Shown piece by piece: positions 9,270 through 17,050 of a DNA stretch of 59,718 nucleotides. The position numbers were made by a program, and so were the translations under genes. Source of the DNA: Tepidisphaeraceae bacterium (GTDB lineage: Bacteria; Planctomycetota; Phycisphaerae; Tepidisphaerales; Tepidisphaeraceae); contig DASRLH010000059.1 in assembly GCA_035648595.1 (NCBI GenBank), positions 1 through 59,718 on the forward strand, written 5' to 3'. The notes beneath the pieces are model-generated. The model saw only the letters and a list, made by a program, of their open reading frames with translations. It searched no databases and had not been told where the DNA came from. The first letter of the stretch is position 1; each line of letters begins with the position of its first letter.

Positions 9270-10520
9270 TCACCCCTTGGCCCAGGAACCAAAGACGTGG
9301 TCCTTGGCCGCGCCGGCGTGGCACTGCACACATGAGGGTATCTTACCCGACTCGATCCTCGAAGCGTCCTGGAAGTAAAAGTATTCCCAATCGCCGTGGT
9401 CGGCATCGAAACCGGGCGCGCGTTTGACCATGCCGCCCACGCCATCGGGCGTCTGGACCGTTTTCCGCGTCTTGTCGAAATAGCCCTCCCCCTGCTTTTG
9501 TTTCACGATGACCGAGCCAACCGGATATTTCGGTGATGATGCGCGGAACGCTTTGGCGGCGAGATCATTCATGTAGATGCGGACCCGGGTATTGGCATGC
9601 GGGCCCGAAGTCACCTTCGCGCCTTCGACGTCCTGCCACGAGGCGCCCCGGCAGAGCATCGCCAGTTCTGGATTGACGAACACCGCGTCCCGGGTCATCG
9701 ACTGGAGTTTCTTGTATTCCCTGGCAATATCCGCGATCTGGGGCGCGGGGGGTTGAGTCACAAACGCCTTGATGACGTCCGCCGACCCAGGGCGGACCGA
9801 TAGCTTAACCGTGTCGTTGTCCCCAAGCCGGCCGTCGATTACGCCCGGCAAGTCGTTCACGGTGTAGGCGATGGTGAAATGCGAAGCGTCCGCCGGGTCG
9901 GGCTGGCCGCCGAATACGCGAACGGGCATGTGAATGGGATAGCCGCCGGGGAATAGGCCGTCGTGCAGGATCGGACGGCTCGCCAAGGGCCAGGGTTTCG
10001 CCGGCTCGACGACGACCGGCTGGAACGCCTGAACGACGGACGCCGAGGAAAGATACATCACGATACATCGCACGGCTACGATCCGCTCATGGCCTGCCGG
10101 GCTGCGACGGGCATGCAGGAACGCGATTGTCTGGAGAAACGCGGGATTGCGAAAGCTTGCGGAGGCGGTTGTCGTTGACAGGCATTGCGCCGCGTAGGAA
10201 ATCCAGGCGGGGGGCATCGGCTTGGCGGCGGACTTGGCCGGTCCATCGGTTGATGCCACGATTTCGTCGGGGGCCATCATGTGATTTGCGCATTCGTGCT
10301 GCCAGTACACGAGCCGCGCGTGCGCGAGCAATGGCGCGTGCCAGCGCCAGTAGCCGGCGGCGACGGTTACGAGGAGGAATGCCAGAAGGACCTTGCGGAA
10401 TCGGCGCCGGTGATGCCAGGGGGGCGCGGGCGCATAATTTAGTCGCGGGCCGGTGGGGAAGGGGTGGGCTTGCGCTTTCTGTGAAACTGCGTTTGGGATG
10501 TTGGAGAGGGGTGGAGCCAT
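9270..10520 (-). CDS. Cytochrome P460-like haem protein with an N-terminal membrane anchor
   Basis: The C-terminal ~150 aa (YMNDLAAKAF...GDWEYFYF...IPSCVQCHAGAAKDHVFG) resemble the P460 family and carry a single CxxCH. An N-terminal TM segment is VLLAFLLVTVAAGYW. Confidence 0.6.
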   Translation of the reverse strand: MAPPLSNIPNAVSQKAQAHPFPTGPRLNYAPAPPWHHRRRFRKVLLAFLLVTVAAGYWRWHAPLLAHARLVYWQHECANHMMAPDEIVASTDGPAKSAAKPMPPAWISYAAQCLSTTTASASFRNPAFLQTIAFLHARRSPAGHERIVAVRCIVMYLSSASVVQAFQPVVVEPAKPWPLASRPILHDGLFPGGYPIHMPVRVFGGQPDPADASHFTIAYTVNDLPGVIDGRLGDNDTVKLSVRPGSADVIKAFVTQPPAPQIADIAREYKKLQSMTRDAVFVNPELAMLCRGASWQDVEGAKVTSGPHANTRVRIYMNDLAAKAFRASSPKYPVGSVIVKQKQGEGYFDKTRKTVQTPDGVGGMVKRAPGFDADHGDWEYFYFQDASRIESGKIPSCVQCHAGAAKDHVFGSWAKG

Positions 10521-10645
10521 GGTAGCATTGACGCGAAACGGGGTTGAAAGTTCGCGTGCCTTATTGCGCGGGGGGCGCGGCGATGCATGGTCACTAAAGT
10601 GACCACGCCCGGCGTGTCATTCTCAACGCGCCGACTCCAATCTCT

Positions 10646-10711
10646 CAGCACTCAGCACCCAGCACTCAGCACCCAGCACTCAGCACTCAGCACTCAGCAC
10701 TCAGCACTCAG
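10646..10711. repeat. Tandem heptamer repeat (cagcact/cagcacc, about 9.5 copies)
   Basis: Direct reading gives cagcact cagcacc cagcact cagcacc cagcact x5. It lies between the P460-like gene start and the SDR gene stop. Confidence 0.9.
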
Positions 10712-10724
10712 TTCTCCCCCCTTC

Positions 10725-11459
10725 TCAAGTAATCGACCTCCCTCCATCGAGCCGGAGGACCTGCCCGGTGAGGTAGGTTCCCTGGGTGCACAGGAAGAGC
10801 ACGGCCTGTGCAACCTCGGCCGGCGTGCCGGCGCGGGCCAGGGGGACGCGCTGGAGGTACTTTTCGCGCTGGGCCTGTGGGAAATTGTCGGGCCATTCCA
10901 CGGCGCCGGGGGCGATGGCGTTTACCGTTACTTGCGGCGCCAGTTCGCGGGCCAATCCCAGGGTCAAATTGAGCAAAGCGGCCTTGCTGGCGCAATAGGC
11001 CAGATACGCCGGCAGGGGGCGCTGGGCGAGCAGATCGACCATGTTGACGATGTGCCCACGGGCTTGCCGAAGGTCGGGCGCGAAACGCTGTGCGAGCAAC
11101 ATTGGGGCTTCGAGATGAATCGACATGAGCCGGCGCGATAATGCAAGGTCGGTGCCGGCGAGGTCGGCCGGCTCGTAGAGCGAGGCGTTGTTCACCAGAA
11201 CGTCGAGCCGGGTAAAGCTGCCGCGGAATTGGGTCTCAATCGCGTCGATCGCGTTGGGCAACTCCGTGAGATTGGCACGGATTGCCAATGAATGCCGGCC
11301 CAGGGCAGTGATCTCATCGACTAATGATTTGGCGTCGTTCTCACTTTGCAGATAGGTGAAGGCGACATCGTACCCGGCCTGGGCCAAATGTCCGGCAATG
11401 GCGCGGCCCACCCGCCGGGCCGCGCCGGTGACGAGAGCAACTTTCGCAACGTCTGGCAT
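10725..11459 (-). CDS. SDR family oxidoreductase (pteridine reductase/FolM-like)
   Basis: Rossmann motif VALVTGAARRVGRAIA, catalytic YCASK (YxxxK), and NAIAPG. The start was moved to ATG 11459, just before the Rossmann fold, giving 244 aa. Confidence 0.8.
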   Translation of the reverse strand: MPDVAKVALVTGAARRVGRAIAGHLAQAGYDVAFTYLQSENDAKSLVDEITALGRHSLAIRANLTELPNAIDAIETQFRGSFTRLDVLVNNASLYEPADLAGTDLALSRRLMSIHLEAPMLLAQRFAPDLRQARGHIVNMVDLLAQRPLPAYLAYCASKAALLNLTLGLARELAPQVTVNAIAPGAVEWPDNFPQAQREKYLQRVPLARAGTPAEVAQAVLFLCTQGTYLTGQVLRLDGGRSIT

Positions 11460-11628
11460 CCGCGACACGATATCGCCAAAGGACGCAAACCGATACGGCG
11501 AGCGCGGGCCGGATATTGTGTACAATCCCCTGGCCATTGGAGTCGTTGCTGCCGCGTTGAAATCGGGAATATCACAACGGAGATCGTCCGTGGCGTCCAT
11601 CGTGGAATATGACATTGTCTTGTCGCGG

Positions 11629-12165
11629 ATGCGCGAGCGGGGATTGGAGAGCCAATACTTCAACAGCGGCGCGTTTGGCTTTGGTTCCGGCGTGCCGACC
11701 TACGTTGCCGGGTGGATTGGGCCGCAAGACCCGACGATCCGCGCGGGGGCGCGGCAGTTTACGCGCAACGTACCCATGCCATACGCGGCCACGCTGGCGG
11801 ATCTGGCGGCCCTGGCGTGGCAGAAAGTTTTGCCGGGGCCGGCCTGGATCATGCCCAAAAGCCACTGGGCTTATGAACTGGACTATGGCAGCAAGGCGTG
11901 GTTGCCCGATGCGCTGCGAAACACGGGGGTGAATCCTGCCGCACTGGAAGCGCGCAATAACGCGCCCGCCATCGAATTCTTGCCAGATGAAACGCCGCGT
12001 TTCACCGCGTTTGTCCGCTCACTTCTGGAAAACCTGGTGGGCAGTGATTTCTCGCTGGCGTTTCCCGATCATCCGGTCATCTGCACCATCCACCATCACA
12101 AGCAGCTCTGGTGGGTCGGCGATAACCAGGCGATTGTGCAGGGAATTGAAGGGTTGATTCGGTAG
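11629..12165 (+). CDS. Hypothetical protein
   Basis: The 5' part of the track ORF overlaps the SDR gene antisense. The first ATG outside it is 11629 (MRERGLESQYFNSGAFGFG...). The composition is protein-like, but no family is recognised. Confidence 0.45.
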   Translation: MRERGLESQYFNSGAFGFGSGVPTYVAGWIGPQDPTIRAGARQFTRNVPMPYAATLADLAALAWQKVLPGPAWIMPKSHWAYELDYGSKAWLPDALRNTGVNPAALEARNNAPAIEFLPDETPRFTAFVRSLLENLVGSDFSLAFPDHPVICTIHHHKQLWWVGDNQAIVQGIEGLIR

Positions 12166-12199
12166 CGAGCCTTTGTTTGATAACTGGCGGCGAAGAATT

Positions 12200-12374
12200 G
12201 CGCCAAGAGCGCCAAGAAGCCAAGAGCGCCAAGAAGCCAAGAATTAGATGTTGACTCAAAATTGGCGCGGGAGTGCCGAATAGTAGGGAATTGACGTCGC
12301 TGACATGTGGTCTGGTCCGCGAGGAAGCGATGCTTGACCTCTTGGCGCACTTGGCGTCTTGGCGCTCTTGGCGC
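12200..12374. repeat. Inverted low-complexity repeat pair (gccaaga family)
   Basis: Arm 12200-12243 is gcgccaagagcgccaagaagccaagagcgccaagaagccaagaa. Arm 12340-12374 is cttggcgcacttggcgtcttggcgctcttggcgc. A related single arm lies at 59400-59443. Confidence 0.85.
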
Positions 12375-12580
12375 AGAGTTCTGGCGACGCGATTGATTCT
12401 TTGACGCCCCGCGAGTAGAACGTCGGCGCAGTTAGGAAAGTAGCCGGCTCGATTGGCCCGATGCCGTCCGAATGCCGGGATTGAGACAGGAACCAGGCAG
12501 CCGTCCGCGCGGAAACACCTCGTGCATCGCGAGAGCCTCCTGCTTAGCGGGCCGCTCGCCGATGAGCATTTTCCAGGTGT

Positions 12581-13459
12581 GTGGTGGAACCACGCGAGAT
12601 GAGATCGTCCCCTGAGCCGGCTTCCGCGTCGCCGCCTTCGCCTGGCGTGATGCCGGCGCCGGTGAGGCTGCGCCGCAAGGCCAGCTTTGTCGAGGACTTT
12701 CGTCGCTTCTTCGTGCGGGGGCTGGCGGCGCTGTTGCCCACACTCATCACCCTCTGGCTTTTGATCAAGGTCTGGGATTTCCTTTGGGAAAACCTGGGAA
12801 GTCACATCATCTGGGCGGTGAAGAAGCTGTGGCTGAGTTTTGGCGACAATGGATATCCCCCGGCCGCCTACATCAATCGCGTTTGGAACGAAAAAGAATT
12901 CCAGACCAAGCTCCTGGGCGTCGGACTGGCGATATTGCTGCTGTATGTGCTGGGCGTTTTCGTCGGCAACTTCATCGGCCGGGCGCTTTACCGGCTCGGT
13001 GAGATGGCCGTGATGCGGATCCCGCTGGTGCGGGCGATTTACCCGGCGGTGAAGCAGGTAACGGATTTTCTGCTGGCCGAGAAGTCCGGGCAGTTCGAGG
13101 GAAGCCGGGTGGTGGCGGTGCAGCCGCACGCGATGGGGATCTGGTCGATTGGGCTGGTGACCGGCGCCAAGGGATTGCCAACGCTGACGGACGCGGTGGG
13201 GCAGGAAATGGTGACGGTGTTCGTGCCCTCGTCGCCGACGGCGTTCAGCGGGTATGTGCTGGTGGTGCCGCGGGAATCGGTGATCGAGTTGCCCATGGAC
13301 GTCGAGGAGGCGATGCGCCTGCTGATCAGCGGCGGCGTGCTGGCGCCGCGGGCCCTGGATCGCAAGGGCGAGCTGCCGGCCAGTCAGCAAGAGATGGCGG
13401 CGGCGGCGGCCGCGGCGGTGCATGGGGCGCCGGTGGCTTCGCACGGCGAGGGGCGGTGA
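12581..13459 (+). CDS. DUF502 family membrane protein
   Basis: TM helices plus the conserved C-terminal block VFVPSSPTAFSGYVLVVPRESVIELPMDVEEAMRLLISGG. The start is GTG 12581 or ATG 12599. Confidence 0.65.
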   Translation: MVEPREMRSSPEPASASPPSPGVMPAPVRLRRKASFVEDFRRFFVRGLAALLPTLITLWLLIKVWDFLWENLGSHIIWAVKKLWLSFGDNGYPPAAYINRVWNEKEFQTKLLGVGLAILLLYVLGVFVGNFIGRALYRLGEMAVMRIPLVRAIYPAVKQVTDFLLAEKSGQFEGSRVVAVQPHAMGIWSIGLVTGAKGLPTLTDAVGQEMVTVFVPSSPTAFSGYVLVVPRESVIELPMDVEEAMRLLISGGVLAPRALDRKGELPASQQEMAAAAAAAVHGAPVASHGEGR

Positions 13460-13807
13460 GGCGAAATGGCCGGATGAAAACGTGGGTAAATCGCCTGTTA
13501 TTTTATCCTCGACCCTTCACGGTGAAGTTGCGCTTTCCCCTCCCCCGGAGTACCGGGAGAGGGAGTACCCGCCGCGCCGGCACAACAAAAACCGCATGCC
13601 GAGGCGCCGGCATTTTCATCAGGCCGCCCCAACCCTCCCGGCGCATTGGGAGAGGGAGAACAGTCTTCTCGCGCCCTAAAATTATCCGGCGCGGCGGCGG
13701 GCGATTGTTTCCGCTACAATGATCATCCCGGCCGCTTTGAAGCGACCGGCGAAAAGATGCGGCCGCCGGTTTGGCGGCCCAGTGGATCGAACCGAAAGGA
13801 GCGTCAG

Positions 13808-14113
13808 GTGCAAATCACCGTCACTGGACGGCACATGGAAATCACCCCAGCCTTAAGGAGCCATGCCGAGCAGAAGGCGGCCAAGCTGGGTAAATATTAC
13901 GACTTAATTCAGGAGATCGAGGTTATTCTGGACAGTGGAAAAGATCAGACCGCGGTGGAAATGATCGTTCATGCCGAGCATCGCAATACTTTCATTGCCA
14001 GCCATGCCGAGGGCGATGCGTACGCATGTATTGATGCGTGCTGGCATAAGCTGGAGCGGCAGATCACCGAGCACAAGGACAAGTTTCGCAATCGCAAACA
14101 TCCCACCGAGTAG
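13808..14113 (+). CDS. hpf: Ribosome hibernation promoting factor (short HPF/RaiA family)
   Basis: GTG 13808 is preceded by aaggag. The translation VQITVTGRHMEITPALRSHAEQKAAKLGKYYD...AYACIDACWHKLERQITEHKDK matches HPF. It sits upstream of ptsN, the canonical arrangement. Confidence 0.85.
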   Translation: MQITVTGRHMEITPALRSHAEQKAAKLGKYYDLIQEIEVILDSGKDQTAVEMIVHAEHRNTFIASHAEGDAYACIDACWHKLERQITEHKDKFRNRKHPTE

Positions 14114-14130
14114 TCCGTTGCAGGAAACGT

Positions 14131-14598
14131 ATGAAGCTCAGCGAAATTATTATTAAAGATGCCATTCAGCCCGAATTGGCGGCGCTCGACCGCGATGGCG
14201 CGGTACGCGAACTGGTTGCCGCCCTGGCGGTGGCGGGCGCGCTGCCGGAGTCGGCGGTTGACGAGGTTGTCGCGGCAATAATCAAACGCGAGCAGAACGG
14301 ATCGACCGGCTTTGGCAAAGGCGTCGCCGTTCCGCATGTGAAGCACTCGAAGGTGAAGGCAATGGCCGCCACCTTGGGCCGCAGCATCGGCGGAATTGAT
14401 TTTGCCGCCCTGGATCATCAGCCGGTCTACAGCATCTTTTTGCTGCTCAGCCCGGAGAACCAGCCGCAGCAACATCTTCAGGCGATGAACATCATCTTCT
14501 CGAACCTCCAGAAGGACATGTTCCGCCGATTCCTTCGCCAATGTCCCACGCGCGAGGCGATCGTCGAGCTGCTCGATGAGGCCGACTCCGGGAAGTGA
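14131..14598 (+). CDS. ptsN: PTS EIIA-Ntr type regulatory protein
   Basis: 155 aa with the EIIA(Fru/Ntr) signature GFGKGVAVPHVK and its phospho-His. Position is between hpf and HPr. Confidence 0.85.
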   Translation: MKLSEIIIKDAIQPELAALDRDGAVRELVAALAVAGALPESAVDEVVAAIIKREQNGSTGFGKGVAVPHVKHSKVKAMAATLGRSIGGIDFAALDHQPVYSIFLLLSPENQPQQHLQAMNIIFSNLQKDMFRRFLRQCPTREAIVELLDEADSGK

Positions 14599-14613
14599 AG
14601 ATCATTCGTTTCC

Positions 14614-14895
14614 ATGCCAACTGCTTCCCAACAGACGAGTATTTGCAATACGCTTGGGCTGCACGCGCGGCCCGCGATGCAGTTCGTGGACGTGGCCAAT
14701 CAATTTAAGTCGCGCGTGACTGTATACACGGGCGGCGAAGAGCCCGGTGAAGCCGACGGGAAGAGCGTGATGCAGATGATTATTCTTGCCGCCACGGAAG
14801 GGACGCCTCTCCGCATCGAAGCCGAAGGCGAAGACGCCGAGAAAGCCGTCGCTACACTCGTTGAATTGGTCGAAAACAAGTTTGGGGAAGTGTGA
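14614..14895 (+). CDS. ptsH: HPr/NPr phosphocarrier protein
   Basis: 93 aa. The active-site region NTLGLHARPA and the GKSVM segment are typical of the HPr family. Confidence 0.85.
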   Translation: MPTASQQTSICNTLGLHARPAMQFVDVANQFKSRVTVYTGGEEPGEADGKSVMQMIILAATEGTPLRIEAEGEDAEKAVATLVELVENKFGEV

Positions 14896-14900
14896 AAGAT

Positions 14901-15067
14901 GTCAGTTGTCAGTTGTGGGTTGTCAGTTGCAAAGTAAGCGATACCCATTCGTCACTTCTGACGAGAGCGCATACCCCGCGAGCAACTGACCTAACTGACC
15001 ACCCACAACCGACCACTGACCACTGACCACTGACAACCCACAACTGACAACCCACAACTGACCAACC
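14901..15067. repeat. Inverted low-complexity repeat pair (gtcagttg family)
   Basis: Arm 14901-14929 is gtcagttgtcagttgtgggttgtcagttg. The complementary arm at 14993-15067 is caactgacc...cactgaccactgacaacccacaactgac. The pair lies between HPr and ptsI, and a related copy is at 43391-43428. Confidence 0.85.
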
Positions 15068-15069
15068 AA

Positions 15070-16809
15070 ATGGAAATCAAGAAGGGCATTGGCGTTTCTC
15101 CGGGCGTAGTGATCAGCACGGCTGTCGTGCTGGACGCGGAGGATTTGCTGATTGCCAAACGATCGGTGGGCGCCGATCAGTCCGCCGTCGAATCGCAGCG
15201 CCTTGCAGCGGCGGTGGCTCAATCCATCGTGGACCTCGGCAAACTGCGCGATACGCTGGCCGGCGAGGTGGGCAAGGAAATCGCCAGCATCTTCGATTTC
15301 CACATCGGAGTGCTCAGGGACAAATCGCTGCTGGACCAGATTGAAAAGGAGCTGCAGACCCATCACATGACTGCCGAGTATGCGGTCAGCGTGGTGATGC
15401 GTCGATATGCCAATACCATAGCGGCCATCAAGGACAAATATTTGTCCGATCGCGTGAAGGACATTCATGACGTCGAGAAACGGCTGCTTCGCCTGCTGAT
15501 CGGCCAAAAGCACCAGGATTTGGGCCGGCTCACGCAGGATGTGGTGGTGATCGCCCATGATCTGCTCCCCTCGCAAACCGCCGCCCTGAGCCGATCGCAC
15601 GTAAAGGGCTTTGCCACCGATGTCGGTGGGCGCACGGCGCATACCGCGATCGTCGCCCGTGCCATGGGCATACCCGCCGTCGTTGGCCTTGGGAACATCA
15701 CTTCGGAAGTCAGCGGCGGCGATACGGTCATCATCGACGGCACGCGCGGCGTGGTCATCGTCAACCCGGACCTGGAGCAACTCGAGGATTACAAGGAAGC
15801 CGGCCGCAAGTACGCCGAGATGGAGCGCGACCTGCGCCCGCTGGTGGATCAACCTGCCCGCACCCTCGACGGGCACGATGTTTCGCTGATGGCCAACATC
15901 GAATCGCCCGAAGACATCGACCGTGCCGAACAATTCGGGGCGCACGGGATCGGGCTTTACCGCACCGAATTCCTGTATCTCGAAAAAGAGCGCGAACCCA
16001 GCGAGGAAGAGCATTTCGCGTCTTATGCCGACGCCCTCCGCCGACTCAAGGGCAAGCCGCTGGTCATTCGCACCCTTGATCTTGGGGCAGACAAATACAC
16101 GCAGGCCAAGGCGCAGAATCCCGAGCGAAATCCATTCCTGGGCGACCGTTCGATCCGGATGTGCCTGCACGACATCCCCATGTTCAAACGCCAGCTTCGC
16201 GCCATCATGCGCGCCAGCGTGTTCGGCGACGTGCGCATCATGTTCCCCATGATCTGCACGCTCATGGAGTTGCGGCAGGCGAAGATGATCCTCAACGACG
16301 TGATGGAGGAACTGGAGGATGAAGGCATCGCGTTCCGGCGCGACATCCCCATCGGGATGATGGTGGAGGTTCCCTCGGCGGCGATCATGGCCGACCACTT
16401 CGCCAGGGAAGTCAACTTCTTTTCCATCGGCACCAACGATCTCATCCAATACACCCTGGCCGTCGATCGCACCAACGAAAAGGTGGCCGGCTTGTTCTGC
16501 CCGGCACACCCTTCGGTGCTCAAGCTCGTCCGCGACGTGATCCGGGCCGGGCGGCGAAATTCCATCAGCGTGAGCATGTGTGGTGAAATGGCCGGCGATC
16601 CGTTGTACACTCTTTTGCTGCTGGGACTGGAGCTCAACATCTTCTCCACCAACGCCCCGGACGTACCGGAGGTAAAGAAGATCATCCGCTCGACCACCAT
16701 GGAACATGCCCGGCATGTCGCCCGGCGCGTCATGAGCTTCGACAGCGAACGACAGGTGATGCACTTCCTGCGCGAAGAGACGCGGAAGATCATCCCAGAG
16801 GCATTTTGA
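15070..16809 (+). CDS. ptsI: Phosphoenolpyruvate-protein phosphotransferase (Enzyme I)
   Basis: 579 aa. The phospho-His region is GGRTAHTAIVARAMGIPAVVG. The PEP-utilising TIM-barrel motifs GLYRTEFLY and FSIGTNDLIQYTLAVDR are present. Confidence 0.9.
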   Translation: MEIKKGIGVSPGVVISTAVVLDAEDLLIAKRSVGADQSAVESQRLAAAVAQSIVDLGKLRDTLAGEVGKEIASIFDFHIGVLRDKSLLDQIEKELQTHHMTAEYAVSVVMRRYANTIAAIKDKYLSDRVKDIHDVEKRLLRLLIGQKHQDLGRLTQDVVVIAHDLLPSQTAALSRSHVKGFATDVGGRTAHTAIVARAMGIPAVVGLGNITSEVSGGDTVIIDGTRGVVIVNPDLEQLEDYKEAGRKYAEMERDLRPLVDQPARTLDGHDVSLMANIESPEDIDRAEQFGAHGIGLYRTEFLYLEKEREPSEEEHFASYADALRRLKGKPLVIRTLDLGADKYTQAKAQNPERNPFLGDRSIRMCLHDIPMFKRQLRAIMRASVFGDVRIMFPMICTLMELRQAKMILNDVMEELEDEGIAFRRDIPIGMMVEVPSAAIMADHFAREVNFFSIGTNDLIQYTLAVDRTNEKVAGLFCPAHPSVLKLVRDVIRAGRRNSISVSMCGEMAGDPLYTLLLLGLELNIFSTNAPDVPEVKKIIRSTTMEHARHVARRVMSFDSERQVMHFLREETRKIIPEAF

Positions 16810-17050
16810 TTTTGGAGGGTTGCGGTTTTGGAGATGCAGGGTTTTAGCCAGGGCCGACGTTCACTTACCGGCCCTTCGCGTTCCCCCTGTGCTCCATGAG
16901 CCCAACCCAATTCATACCCACCACTTTTTTAAGGAGGTCCCAGGACGGGGCGCCTCCGGTTCCCGATATGCCGCCCGCGCATTCCTAAAACAGTGCGCGC
17001 TGGCGTCTCCCCGGGCAACCGGCCAACCCCAACCCTGAACCCTACCGTGC

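Noticed and set aside
10646-10711. Considered whether the tandem 7-mer, 8-mer and other repeat arrays (also 26839-26886 and 12200-12243) could be CRISPR arrays.
   Set aside because: The units are 7-8 nt with no spacers, and no cas genes are present. They are microsatellite-like or REP-like repeats, not CRISPR.
14923-16764. 613-aa minus-strand ORF opposite ptsI.
   Set aside because: Antisense shadow of a well-supported gene. The composition is low complexity and rich in H/D/G/R, and there is no RBS context.
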